Part shown: positions 1-12,262 of the stretch, one piece after another
Layout of the letters: each line of letters begins with the position of its first letter
How positions within the stretch are numbered: the first letter of the stretch is position 1
DNA from: Microthyrium microscopicum
Lineage: Eukaryota
NCBI GenBank assembly: GCA_010405405.1
Contig: MU004242.1
Coordinates: 97,751 to 161,750, forward strand
DNA: 64,000 bases
Direction of reading: 5' to 3'
Translations under genes and position numbers: made by a program
Notes under the pieces: model-generated
Told to the model about the DNA's origin: nothing
What the model saw: the letters and a program-made list of their open reading frames with translations, nothing else
The model's database searches: none

Positions 1-313
1 GCTGTAGCGTTCGTGGACACTTCACCTGCAATTTGTCATACATATCAGTATTTGAGAACGGACGAAAGGCGCTGTGGAGGACATATCTTATGTACCTGCT
101 ATGAGTATAATAGGCATGGACGCCTGTCAGTGGGTTGTCGTCAATTTATACTACATTTTGATACTGTATCATTACACTTGCGTGTAAGTTGAGCGAGACT
201 GTGAGACCTAACAAACTAAACATGGTAAATACAAATTCTGTCAGTCTGGACTCTGAAGACATCGTGGGCCAGAACAGATCTTTAATAAAAAATGCCGAAA
301 ACGCACTCGTCTT

Positions 314-938
314 TCACCAATAATATTTAGCCATTTCGATGAGCCTGTTCCAGGCTTTTGCTGCAGTCCCTTTTGAAATCGTCCATCCCCATTCAGCCTT
401 GTCATCGTTGCGCTAACTCTAAAGCATCAACGAACAGCGAATGAGATCGAGAGTTGAGCTTAAGGCTGCCCAAAGGAGCGAAAGCTGAATTCTAGCCAAG
501 AGAATGGATCCAACTTCTGGCAGAGTTGAAGCCAATCTTATCGTGAGAAAGGGTCTTCGATCCCAACTGGTTATGTTAAGCTTTTCAGTGGCGCTCTTAG
601 CGGGCGATGAGTCGATGACAGGACGCCAGCTACGTCGGTGGTGAGATTTGAAATGCAGAGGGGCATTCTTCATCAGGCACATCAGATACGGTAACGCTGC
701 TTGGCTGCGTAATATCGAACAATCCGGGCAACTTTTGCCCGCAACTAGACTCTGAAATCTGCAAGGCTATCGCATCAAACAGCAGATCGAGTGCTGGAAA
801 ACTTGCGATGCTTGCTAAAGTTGCGATAGTGTTGACGCAGTGATCGGCAATAAGGTACGCCACGAACGCTATTGGTACTTCGGAACCATCATGAACCGGC
901 TGCGCGGGCTCAGCCTGGCCAGATTGCTGTGAAAGCAC
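314..938 (-). pseudogene. Possible degraded ORF of unknown function
   Basis: The frame of ORF 419..682 continues past two TAG stops (419-421, 413-415) as RNDDKAEWGWTISKGTAAKAWNRLIEMAKYYW*. ORF 630..938 overlaps in another frame. No family recognised. Confidence 0.2.
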
Positions 939-1122
939 TGCAAAGAAGACTCAAAACTCAGGCTGTTGTTTGGTTCTGGTGGGGAGCCCTTCTCGAAAGC
1001 TACCCATGATTGAACTTGAGCTCTCTCGCTACCCCTGAGATAGCTTGCAAGCTATTCGTACATGCTCGGTACTATTATACCTTTATTATCACCCTTTAAG
1101 CAGCCAGGAGACCTTTATATTC

Positions 1123-2484
1123 ATGAAAGCGACAGGAAAGAAGCCAAAGAAAGCTCGCCGGATAACCTCAGTTCTCAAGACCTTCATGGATCTCCTTCGA
1201 TTGAAAAGATGGTCATACACAGCAATTCCGCAGACTTCACATGACAAGTGGAATGAATCAACCACTTCCTTCTCCGACGATCACATCGAATCCACAGTCA
1301 ATTACTTTTCCAAGCTACCAGAAGAAGTAGTCACAGATATCCTCGTGTCCCTTTTAGATGACTTGACATTAGACCAGATGGTTGATACCATCTTGACCTC
1401 AAAATCATGGTATCACTTAGGTCTTCCACTTCTCAGGCACTACGAAATCGCTGCGAGCAACAACCCAGATGATGACAGTGACCGATTGTCATTACCCTTC
1501 TGTAATCCATGGTTCGATGCGCCATGCCTTTTCTCGCATATGTCCAATTCGAGATTGGAAAGCCTCCACAATCTGACACTAGATCTCGATTGCACAAACA
1601 CATCTTGGTTCTCCAGTGAATCCTGGCCGCCCTGGCCTAGTAGTCTCGAAGCAAAGCCTGGAACTCTTACCGCACTCACTACACTTTCCTTGACGGTACG
1701 AAACTGCGCATCAGTGGACTTGGAATCTCCTTCGTCAACATCAGAATTGCTTCAAGATATACTCATGCTCTTCAACCACAAGGATGTACCTCTAGAGAAC
1801 ATAGAGCTTAATCTCGATGGAGTAAGCTGTCTTCCAGCAACAATGGCAGCCGTCACGAGCAATGCAAGATTTGAGGCCAACAGAGTTGAAGAGGCCAAAT
1901 CAAGTTTCCAAATGTTGGTCGAACGACTAAAGCTCCAACTGCGCATGATACAGATTCGAGGCAAGATCCGCAACTTTTCATTGCGTTGGATTGTCGATTC
2001 TGCGGTTCATGAACATCTATACGGACTAAATCGAGGGTTGAACAACGGTCTGATAGAGAGATACCGATCACGAATTGGCTCTGGCAATCGATTGCTAGCA
2101 ACAATACCAACGTCCGACGATATTGCAAGCCCACAAGTTACACTCATTCACTACGAAATACTCGCACCCTCAGGAGCCGATGCGCCTGCCCCAGCATCAA
2201 TCGTCAAAGTCCACAACAACCAAAAGAAATTCCGAAGTCAACGAAGCCTCAGCAATTGGAACATAGAACTTGCGCCCGAGGCCATCACGCCTGCCATAGT
2301 GGCCAGACTAGACGGAGACCTGCGATGGGTCTGGCGTCGAGGAGTTCGAGTACCGCCAGTGAGCGCACACCAAAAGCTCTCAGACGCCGTGAGTCGGAGA
2401 AACAAAGTACGCCAGTCTTGGGCTGGCTGGAAAAGTACTGTAGCGTCTACATCTCGTAGATTTTCGATCGCGAGTACTACCTAA
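1123..2484 (+). CDS. F-box-like hypothetical protein (~453 aa)
   Basis: Long intronless ORF, first in-frame ATG at 1123 (MKATGKK). F-box-like motif FSKLPEEVVTDILVSL...SKSWY followed by Leu-rich segments. Confidence 0.65.
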   Translation: MKATGKKPKKARRITSVLKTFMDLLRLKRWSYTAIPQTSHDKWNESTTSFSDDHIESTVNYFSKLPEEVVTDILVSLLDDLTLDQMVDTILTSKSWYHLGLPLLRHYEIAASNNPDDDSDRLSLPFCNPWFDAPCLFSHMSNSRLESLHNLTLDLDCTNTSWFSSESWPPWPSSLEAKPGTLTALTTLSLTVRNCASVDLESPSSTSELLQDILMLFNHKDVPLENIELNLDGVSCLPATMAAVTSNARFEANRVEEAKSSFQMLVERLKLQLRMIQIRGKIRNFSLRWIVDSAVHEHLYGLNRGLNNGLIERYRSRIGSGNRLLATIPTSDDIASPQVTLIHYEILAPSGADAPAPASIVKVHNNQKKFRSQRSLSNWNIELAPEAITPAIVARLDGDLRWVWRRGVRVPPVSAHQKLSDAVSRRNKVRQSWAGWKSTVASTSRRFSIASTT

Positions 2485-3845
2485 AAGTTTGGACGGCGGT
2501 TTACTGATGATAGCGGTGGCTTGCGTTGTGCTTTTATACCCACCTATTAGATACCTGATTTACATAGTCGAATGATATCCACGAGCATTATACACACTGG
2601 CCTCTTGTGAGCTGAATAAGATACTAATCTGTACCCAGATAGCTGAAGTGCAAATATATTATGCTGTGACATTTACAGTTGTACCTCCCTAACACTACAG
2701 TAGATCAGATCTAGGCATACTCGATTGATAGGAGCGCTATGCCGAGCAAGCATTATCCATGGATTGTTACCTGAAGTAGTTCATTGTTGAAATCATGATG
2801 CTTTTATGGGATACGACGGAATCTCTCCACGAGAATTCTTCGTTTGCCTATGGTCCAATCAACGTTGGTGATGGGTTGCAACAACATGGGGGAAGTGTAC
2901 ATAAGAGTTTGTATTTTCCCCAGAAAGATGCTAGTAGCAGGTTTGAATATTTGCAGTATGGTATTCTGAGTGCTATGATCCGAATTCTTGATCGGTGAAC
3001 TTTATTATCGAGCACAAAAAACAACATATCACTGTTATCAGGCTGAAGCCTAGAATAGATGCAACAGAATATTCAGGATTATCATGTTTCTTTCATTTTG
3101 TCTAGCTACGCATTTTACTTCCGAACCCCACAAAGAAGCTTTAGCCAAGCTCTATATTTGGTTGCATCGACTGAATCATCTTGAAAAGCTCATGAATTAC
3201 TAAATAGTACGTAAATCTATCGTTACTCAGTACCTCTACGATAGTCAGGATTGCGAACGTGGTCGCTCTTTATCTTCTCTAAATCTTTTATTACGTACAT
3301 TTAGACTCTAGAGCCAGCGACGGCGATTCCAAGTGGCCAACGCCGGGCTTTAACAATTGCCAAAAAGTTGGAAATAGTAGGAAATGTAGGCCGTTTCAAC
3401 TTTGTTTTTCGCTACACCACCTAACTTTTTGGATTGGCTTATTCTAAGTTGCTGAAATAGCGTCCCGTGCCGGCGCTAACTGCAGATCTCCTCCACGTTA
3501 GGCTTTCGGCGATGATAACTGGATGCAACAAAGATCTCCAATTTCAAGCCGTTGCTGTTAGCGGACGTCCTGTTCATCTTACCTACCCTATTCATCATAG
3601 TTGACCCTGCTCGCCCCCGGCTTGTGAGCCGTGTGGTGGGATAAGGCGAAATGATACGAAGGATTCACCAGAGGATTTACATGTGTATTACTACAATGGT
3701 TACATCCCCACAAGAATCAGGAACATAAGGTTATATTTGGATTTGTATAAAGAGGGACCTGAATCCTTCTGTTGATACCCCGGAAAAAGGATCTACACCA
3801 AGTTCTTAACAACTCGTTCCCCCTGATCTGCATCGCATCTAGATC

Positions 3846-5547
3846 ATGGCTCTTACTTTGATCGCTTTGGGCCTGCTCGGCCCAGCGCTTCTTGTTCAAG
3901 GTGCTTCAGAATCATGTCCTGCGAACTCGCAAGTGAGTTGCAAGAACACTACCATGGTTGCAGATCTCTGCTGCTTCAATGCTCCAGGAGGTTCTCTGCT
4001 TCAGACTCAATTCTGGGATACTAGGTGAGTTATTCTCATGCGCTTTCATTATGCGCTAGACGACTTTTATCTTGAGTAAGATGAGGTGACAGAAGTTGCG
4101 GACTAGAGACACTGTGCATGTATGATATCGTAGAGTTAGAACTTACTGATGAAATTTAGTCCTTCCACTGGACCAACCAATTCATGGACCATCCATGGAC
4201 TTTGGCCAGATCACTGCGATGGAACTTATTCCTCCAATTGCGACTCGAGCAGAGCTTACACAAACATTGCCGGCATCTTGACATCATTTGGCCAAACCTC
4301 TACTTTGAGCTATATGCAGACATACTGGAAGAACGATCCAGATGATGGTACGGATGAAGAATTCGTAAGTATCCAACTCTGCTGCATTCGGATTGAGAAA
4401 CTAACTTCTGATAGTGGGTAAGAACCTATTCGTCTCTGGCTATAACACCTTTCCGATATTTGACTGAGCTTGGTTTTGATAATCCAACATCAAAGCCAAG
4501 TTCAACGTGTGGATGGAAGTTCTGTACTCTGGTGCTAACGTTAATCAGGAGCATGAATGGGCACAACACGGTACCTGCATTAGTACCCTCAATCCCAGTT
4601 GCTATAGTGGGTATCAATCCAAACAAGAAGCATCAGACTTCTTCGTCAAGGTTGTCAGTCTTTTCCAAACCTTGCCCACATACACAGTAAGTTTTCATCC
4701 AACAGCCGGCTTTACCAAAACCTAATTCCACCTCTTCAGTGGCTTGCAAATGCCGGTATCACTCCTTCTACTACGAAAACATACACTTCTGCCCAGATAC
4801 AAAGCGCACTGAGCTCATCTCGAGGTCACCAAGCCGCAATCGTGTGTGTGAACGGCGCCCTCAACGCGGTCTACTATTACTTCAACGTTCAAGGCTCAGT
4901 ACAAACCGGGAACTTCATTGCTGCAGATCCAGATTCATCTGCTTCCAACTGCCCATCTACTGGTATCAAGTACCTTCCAAAGACTGGCTCAACTGCTCCC
5001 ACTGGCACCACAACTACTACGAGTACCGCTCCTACTGGCACGGGTGGAGCAATATCAGGATCCGGAACCATCAATGTTCTGAATGGCTCCACTCAGGACG
5101 GTTGTGTCATTAGCGCTGGAACTTGGTATACGACTGGTAAGCTCCTCGAATCCAGAGATGTGTTGCGCTCTGAGCGCGGTCAGAAGTCGTTCTTTTTTGT
5201 CCACAGGGCACTAGAAAGAATTGAAGACGCACCAAATTGCAACTGATCCATTCTTTCAATGCGGCGACTAACTTCGATTAGGCACTTGTGCGACCTTCAC
5301 CGCCACACCAAGCGGTAGTGGATTTACTTTAACTTCGAGCAAAGGCAAATGTGCCATTTCAAGTGGAGCTTTGACGTGCGCTTCCAGCGTCACCACTGCT
5401 ACAGTGTTCACCTCCTCGGGCGGTCAGATTGCCTATAGCGGCTCCACTTCGTTCTATGCACCAGCTGTGGCATCTGGCTCTACACAAGAAACCATATACA
5501 CCACCTCCAAATCTGTGGCATTGAAGCTGGTTTGGGCGGCTGCATAA
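3846..5547 (+). CDS. Secreted ribonuclease T2 (Rny1/RNase Rh family) with Ser/Thr linker and C-terminal extension domain
   Basis: Signal peptide, CCFNAPGG..LQTQFWD, CAS I WTIHGLWPD, CAS II F|W|EHEWAQHGTC. Exons 3846-4024, 4160-4364, 4415-4417, 4549-4686, 4740-5136, 5282-5547, all GT-AG and in frame. Confidence 0.95.
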
Positions 5548-6852
5548 GCGGTTAGACCGTCTGCCTTACAAGGTATCTGACTGTGTGGACTGTTTCGTAT
5601 ATGAAAGTTTTGATAGATTCTAAGGGAGTCAATCATCAATACAGGACCTTGCTTCAAATAGTGTTTCCTAGAGAATATTATCGACGTTCAAGTTTGGAAA
5701 AGGTACTCGACGTACTGTCTTCATACTGATGACCATCTTCATCGTCCATGAGGCGCCACTCTTAATGTGCTTGTCACGTTGCATCTCAATCTATCGCACC
5801 CAAAGGATTGAAACAATCATTGATGGTCTTCATTGAGGGCTGCTGAGAACACGCTCGTGGATGTCTGCTGAGATGATGTGCATTTACGTCGTCTGCGGCT
5901 TCTTTTGAAGACCAGTTTTGTACAAGGAATCTCCAAGCTTGAAGTCAAAACGAAAGTGACGCGTATTGCACGAACAGACGCGACGAGCAATCAGTGTGGC
6001 AGCACGCGTCCATTATTGGCTCGGTATGACGGCCAGCGAATCCGAACCTGGCTTGTGGCGTTGTGACATTGCCTGGGGCAGGGAGGGATTTAAATGGGAA
6101 TCGCCGCGAAGGATTTCGAACTTTTCTCATTCCTCTTTCTCTTTTTCAGCATGCTCAATGCTTTCTACGTTCAAGTCTGACAGAATTGAAGTAGCTGTTC
6201 TTTGTGAATGGCGTATAACGGTGTGGTCACGATCTTGAGGTAGAAGTTTTTGCTGGAAGTTGTTTGTTGATGCTTTACCACGAAGACAGACTCTATGCTC
6301 TTCCTTTGTATTATTCAGGTACGACTGTACGAGGTTGTTGACTTACATTGACGCACTACGTAATTGCTTTAGCGGTGCTCCAAGTGCTGCTCCTCCACAT
6401 GCAACGGTCGGGGTTGGTTGTAACCTTGGGTGGCTTGAAGTCACTTTCTGGCAACAAAAGATTGATTCGTGCAACATTTCCTAATGGCGTAACGATCTGA
6501 CAGCTTTGCCAATCAAGATTAAAGCAGCTGTGAGGAGCTTGCATCTACGAGACCTGCTTGGCCTGCCTGCCACCGGAAGATCCCTTCAGTCGGGCTCTTG
6601 ATTCTGCGGTTATCAGTCGAGTATTCGCGCGCTTGAAATTTCGACTTTGATGATCTTCCTTCATTTCCCAGCCTGAATTTAGATGATTTTTATGATCTCC
6701 TCTTCCTCGAATACTACGCCAAAACCTCCTCGCGATACGCCCGACCAAGAGAAGATTCCTTCCAGTCGTCTCGAGAATCAGTACCAAGACCTTACGCGGT
6801 GGTCGGAAACAATCAAGGCCGCTAAATGTAGTTTCACTATTAGCGCCATCGC

Positions 6853-8115
6853 ATGGCTGTCGACATTGTTCCCCTCGCGGAGGGGGGCATACAACTGATA
6901 TCAGTCTGTTTGTTAATGATAGTCCTGGCATCCATTTTTGTTTCTCTACGCTTCTATTCTCGAACAATTCGAAAAGTGCCATATCAACCGGAAGACTACA
7001 CGATTCTCGCCGCGTTACTGATGCTATGGTTTGAAGGCAGCTTCATTATTGCCAGTACGCATTTGAGCACTCATGATGGACTCATGTTGGCTAACACAAG
7101 CTAGTGACGCTCCTGGGTGGTATCGGGCACCATATGGTAGATCTCAAACCAGAGAATATCACGCAGATGTTCAAGGTATACTCCGAACTCATTTCCACTT
7201 GTATTCAATCATTAATTACTGGCATAAGCTTTCCTACGGTATGCAGTTCGGCTATGCCATAGGTATCGGGTTGGTCAAATGCAGTCTTTGTATGACTCTA
7301 GCAAGAATATTATTCTATCAACCTTATCGAACTGCAGCGATTGTAGCCGGAATATTGGCGATATGCTGGTCAATATCAACAATCTTGGTTGGGATTCTGA
7401 TTTGCACACCTATCTCAATGTTCTGGAATCCACTCGTCAATGGAGGCCACTGTGGAAATCAAAACCTTGCATTCGCTGCTGCTGGCACTACGGATGTAAT
7501 CATTGACTTTTTCATAATGATCATTCCATTACCTGGAGTATTCAAACTACAGATTCCGCTGGCGAACAAACTTGCTGTTGCCAGTATCTTTCTACTCGGA
7601 CTATGGTATGTACTCCAGTCAGGAAACCACTCTGGGCTATTAAAGCTGATCAGTCTAGTACGATCGCCGTCGGTTCCCTTCGCGTCGTTAGTATCGTAAA
7701 ACTCAGCTTCGAAGACGCCTCATACTCTGGAAAGATCCCAGATATGCTCACAATACTAGAGCTTGGTGTCGCAATCATAGTTACAAGTTGTCCGATTCTA
7801 CGACCAGTATTTGACAAATTTGTTCATGCGACACTTCCTAGCGCATTACCGAACCGCAGCTGTATGGAAGCGATCGAGGATATTCATGGAAAGCACCAGG
7901 CGCAGTGCGTCTCACATACAAAAAGAAGACCTCAATGGTTAAATGCTCTGTCCGGGAGACAGATCGATGAAGAAAGCGGGACCGATAGCCTCACAAGGTT
8001 GGAACAAGAATCTCTTGATGAAGATAGGATCTGGCTGGAGCGCAACGGGCGTAATGGAACAACGCCGAGGTCGTATACTTCAGATCCTTCACCTGAGTCG
8101 AGTCACTCACGATGA
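6853..8115 (+). CDS. PTH11-like / fungal rhodopsin-domain integral membrane protein (no CFEM)
   Basis: FVSLRFYSR, EDYTILAA, VKCSLCMTLARI, ICTPISMFW, DVIIDFFIMIIPLP, ELGVAIIVTSCPILRP. Exons approx. 6853-7054, 7105-7175, 7229-7605, 7659-8115. Confidence 0.85.
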
Positions 8116-8750
8116 TTCTGGTTACGATGATTGCGAAGCCCCCGTACTTCAGTCGGGGCCGATTGAGTGGATATTGAAGCCACCGAGATGGATGTTTCAA
8201 CGACTCTCCGTTTCTATACAAGATATAAATAGATGGAAAGAGGTCATCCTCGAACAAAAAAACAATTTTCGGATTGTACAAGACAATATAAATCATGAAA
8301 GATAGAGTCTAGAGATCACTACAGAATTTTGAAGCTACTCAACGAGTCAACAACCCATCGTAGAGTACTTGGTAGCAGTCAAATCGGGTCCGCGGGGAGA
8401 CATCTGAGTGGTTCATTCTTTGGCTTGCCTGCGCGTAAACCCGCCTCTTAATTAAACATGCGCAAGCCTGCAAAGGACACTTTTGTTCTTTTCTTTTAGC
8501 GAATCGTTCGTAGGTAAGCGAAACTCCCTCCAGTCGGGACTGATGCACATCGAAGCAAAAGGAAGACTTGAGTCGTTTGTTCCTTCCATCGCGGCAAAAT
8601 ACCCTGCACTTGCATAAGAATTGATTGGTATCGTTCTGGGATCCGAGCTCATGCTCGAATACTTCTAACTTCTTGTATCTTGCTTGACCTTCTCCTGCTT
8701 CCTCTTTCACATCTGCGGAGGGATTGTGATTTCAGCCCACCAGCTACACC

Positions 8751-10578
8751 ATGGCTATCGCGGCCTTTCTTTCCACCAGCAATGTGGCGTTGGGCCTAGT
8801 GATCTCAACTGTAGCGTATAGCGTTTACACGGCGATCTATCGTCTATACTTTCATCCTCTAGCCAAGTTTCCAGGACCTAAGTTGGCTGCACTCACGGAC
8901 TGCTATGAGTTGTACTACGACGTTGTGCAACAAGGAATGTGGATCTGGGAAATTAACAGAATGCATGATCAATATGGTAAGCTGATTCCTTTCATGAGAG
9001 AACTGGAGGAGAGCTATTCGAGCAATATATAGCCTAATCTAGCTTAAGGCTGTTGACATAGAGATTGAACTAATTCCTAGCTTAGGACCGATTGTTCGGA
9101 TAAACACTGATGAGCTGCACATACGAGATCCCGAATTCTATGATGAAATTTATACCACTGGAAATAAGAAACGCGACAAATACTCCAAATGGTACGTTTT
9201 ACTTTCGGCTCCGGATCTGATCAAATGAAATGTATTGACTTCAATCAGGGCGAAAACGGCTGGCACTCCAACATCGACCGCCACAACCGTCGAGCATGAT
9301 CTCCATCGCAGTAGGCGAGCAGCAATAAATCCATTCTTCTCAACTCGCTCAGTTGGCAAACTAGAACCCAAGATTCAGCAAAAGATCGATACGCTATGCA
9401 CCCGCTTCGAAGAGCTGGCCAAAACTGGAGAACCATTCAGATTAGACGCCGCATTCAGTGCGTTAACCACTGACGTGATAACCGAATACTGCTATGGTCA
9501 TACATATGACTATCTCTTGGAGCCAGACTTCAAACTGGAATGGAAAACAGCAATGGACGTTGTCTTTTCCGGCTCAGCTTTTCGACGAGCAACACCATGG
9601 CTCACAGAGCTGATGCAGAAGTTTCCTGACAAGTATATTTTGCAAATGGCACCACAATTGGGAGCATTGATCAATTTTCAGAACGACATCAAAGTGGAAG
9701 CCAAAAAGTCACTACAGGACCAGGAAGAGAAGCGGAAGATTGAACCTTCAATCTTTAGTTCACTTCTAGAGAGTGATATAGTGCCTGCTTATGAAAAGAA
9801 TGAGGCTCACTTGGTTGATGAAGGAACTACAATAGTAGCCGCTGGAGTGGAGACTACTGCTAAAGCATTGGCGACTACGGTCTTCTATGTTCTGACGACT
9901 CCGAGTGTTCTTACGAAGCTTCGAGAGGAACTTGAAACAGTTATGCCCAATAGATCTTCGAAACCGTCTTGGATGCAGCTTCAACAGCTGCCGTACTTGG
10001 TATGTTTCTGAGCGCTGCATCTCGTACCTTAATCTAACCTTCATCACAGTCGGCAGTCATTTCAGAAGGTATCAGACTTTCGCACGGCGTAACAACTAGA
10101 TCTCCACGTCTACTCGATGAGCCTCTCCAATACAAAGAATGGGTCATTCCACCAAAGGTCTGTCCATCAACACATCTTTATCCAGTGCTAACGAGAGCCA
10201 GACTCCCATCAGTGAGATCTCGTATTTCGTTACTATGAACCCCGGCATATTTCCAGAGCCAGAATCATTCAGACCGGAAAGATGGATGCAAAATGAGCGA
10301 CTGGACAAATATCTAGCCAATTTCGGCAAAGGAAGTCGCATATGTCTAGGAATCAAGTATGTCTATACCTTTCAGTGATTGAGGAACAAGCTCATGAATC
10401 TTCTAGTCTCGCTTACGCCGAAATGTTTCTCACTTTGGCAGCATTGTTTCGCAACTTCGACATTGAGCTGTACGAAACGACGATTGATGATATCAAATTT
10501 GAGCGGGATTTGTTTGTAGCGACTCCGATGCTGACTTCGAAGGGAGTTCGTGCTTTTATTGCTGGAACGCGTTCGTGA
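8751..10578 (+). CDS. Cytochrome P450 monooxygenase (trichodiene oxygenase/CYP58-like clan by appearance)
   Basis: [10 protein letters not shown]-helix AGVETT, EGIR (ExxR), PERW, heme motif [10 protein letters not shown]. Six exons approx. 8751-8976, 9086-9191, 9249-9999, 10050-10157, 10202-10356, 10407-10578. Confidence 0.95.
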
Positions 10579-10820
10579 ACTACATTCATGTTGTACTTTC
10601 ATGAAGATATCAATAACATTACAGCATTTTCCCCATTGAGAGCATGGGCATTTAATCAGATAGAACGATTAAAAGTAAAATTCCAGTTCGATATAATCGC
10701 AGTATGTCGATACCAAAGTCCTGCAAAGTGTAGGAGCAAGCACTGTATATTTTGTAGTTGACGAATTTGCGATGTTAAGGGGACAAAAGTGGTCAAACAT
10801 TAAATAAAACAATTGTTTCT

Positions 10821-10992
10821 GCGTTGAAGATCAGCGTAGCCTGAAGGGGCTAGCTTTTGTATATTGTGGTCTAGCTCATTCCAATGTTTGCCCTAGTGCC
10901 GCCGCTTACGGAACGCTAGTGTGGGTTGGTTTGTCTATGATAATGCAAAAGTTGAGCGCTCTCGCTCGAATCCCTTTTTGCTCTTCACATAT
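10821..10992 (+). ncRNA. Candidate structured ncRNA (possibly H/ACA-type snoRNA)
   Basis: Four consecutive hairpins, a terminal ACA at 10987-10989 followed by 3 nt, a T-run at 11001-11007 and upstream TAAATAAAA. No family recognised and no clearly placed H box. Confidence 0.35.
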
Positions 10993-11224
10993 CATGCATC
11001 TTTTTTTAATGGTATCATATTTTTATGTCGGTAGTATCTACTACTAAGGTCTATCTTTGGTTTTTTATTAAATGAGCTGCCTGTTATCAAGGGCTCAGTT
11101 TTGAAGTTGAAGGTGAAAGAAATTGCTGACTCAGTGTCGCCACTTACCTTGATCATCGACATGATCTTTTCCTCCATCATCGATTGTACAATCAATCCAT
11201 AATTTGACCTATCCGCTATAAAAA

Positions 11225-12262
11225 ATGGCAGGTCAATCAAAACGACAACAGCAACAAGTCCAAGATGACTCCAATCCAACCCAGGAAGACGAGCTGATAG
11301 ACCTCACCCAAAAGCTAGTTCTCCGCTCCAAGCGTACCGAACGCCTCCTCAAAAGAGCCAAAGTCAAAGCAAAAAAACCAAGAACAGGCATAGCAACCAT
11401 CCATGATCTCCCAGCAGAGCTTCTACTCGACATATTAACCTGGTCTCGGCCCAGCGATGTCCTCGCCCTGTCGCAGACATGCAAGTGGTTCCAAGACTTC
11501 ATATCGCACGAAGAGGCAACCATCGCCAAAAGCATCATTCGCTGGCGTTACCCTTGCCTCGAGAAATGTTTCAGGCTGCCAAAGTTGATCGCGGACATTG
11601 ACACAAGTCTTCATCCGACGATCCAGGATCCGCAGAGACAGGAGATACAGCAGATTCACAAGAAGCCTTATCAGCATATAAAATCACCGGATCCGATGGT
11701 CGTATGTACATGTCTTACCTGTCTGCTGCGCTGGAATGGACTTTGCTTGATATTGGATTTTGCGTTTTGGCAGGCCAATTTGGATAAGGGCGATCCGATT
11801 CCTATTATTCCACGAGGGAGATATCCGGCTTGGAATCAGAAGCTTATTGAACACAATGCGGCTACCGTCTCACACGCGCTATACCATCCGCTGTGGTATG
11901 CGAGGATTTTGGAGAAGCATCTACAGTCGACGGTAGGATCTATTCGACGGCATGCGCAGAATAAAGGCAACAAGAGAAAACGTTTTCGCATGACGGAAGA
12001 AGATGCTGCGGCGGGGACTGACTTGTTTCTTGAAGCCAAGGGTCCTGTCACCTTTGACTTTCCGTACATGAGAGACAATTACTACATGCTGGAAGCATAT
12101 CTACCGAGTCGATCTTGGATTTCGGAGAGGGGAGGATGGATTTATATGCCGGCGGATCATGAGCGCGATATGCAGATGTTGGTTCGCTGGCAAGAATGGC
12201 GGAAAAGGAAACAGCTTGGGGACTTGAAAGAGGTCTCTCAGAGCAAAAGAAGGGCCGGGTGA
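11225..12262 (+). CDS. F-box domain protein (345 aa)
   Basis: IHDLPAELLLDILTWSRPSDVLALSQTCKWF is a clear F-box. A CTCLTC motif follows. Intronless ORF. Confidence 0.85.
   Translation: MAGQSKRQQQQVQDDSNPTQEDELIDLTQKLVLRSKRTERLLKRAKVKAKKPRTGIATIHDLPAELLLDILTWSRPSDVLALSQTCKWFQDFISHEEATIAKSIIRWRYPCLEKCFRLPKLIADIDTSLHPTIQDPQRQEIQQIHKKPYQHIKSPDPMVVCTCLTCLLRWNGLCLILDFAFWQANLDKGDPIPIIPRGRYPAWNQKLIEHNAATVSHALYHPLWYARILEKHLQSTVGSIRRHAQNKGNKRKRFRMTEEDAAAGTDLFLEAKGPVTFDFPYMRDNYYMLEAYLPSRSWISERGGWIYMPADHERDMQMLVRWQEWRKRKQLGDLKEVSQSKRRAG

Noticed and set aside
1..123. Possible minus-strand exons (123-96 and 25-1) of a gene running off the left edge
   Set aside because: Splice-like signals are present, but there is too little coding sequence to support a call.
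10960..10980. CTCGAATCCC resembling a tRNA T-arm
   Set aside because: No cloverleaf or A box; the sequence is part of a longer simple hairpin.
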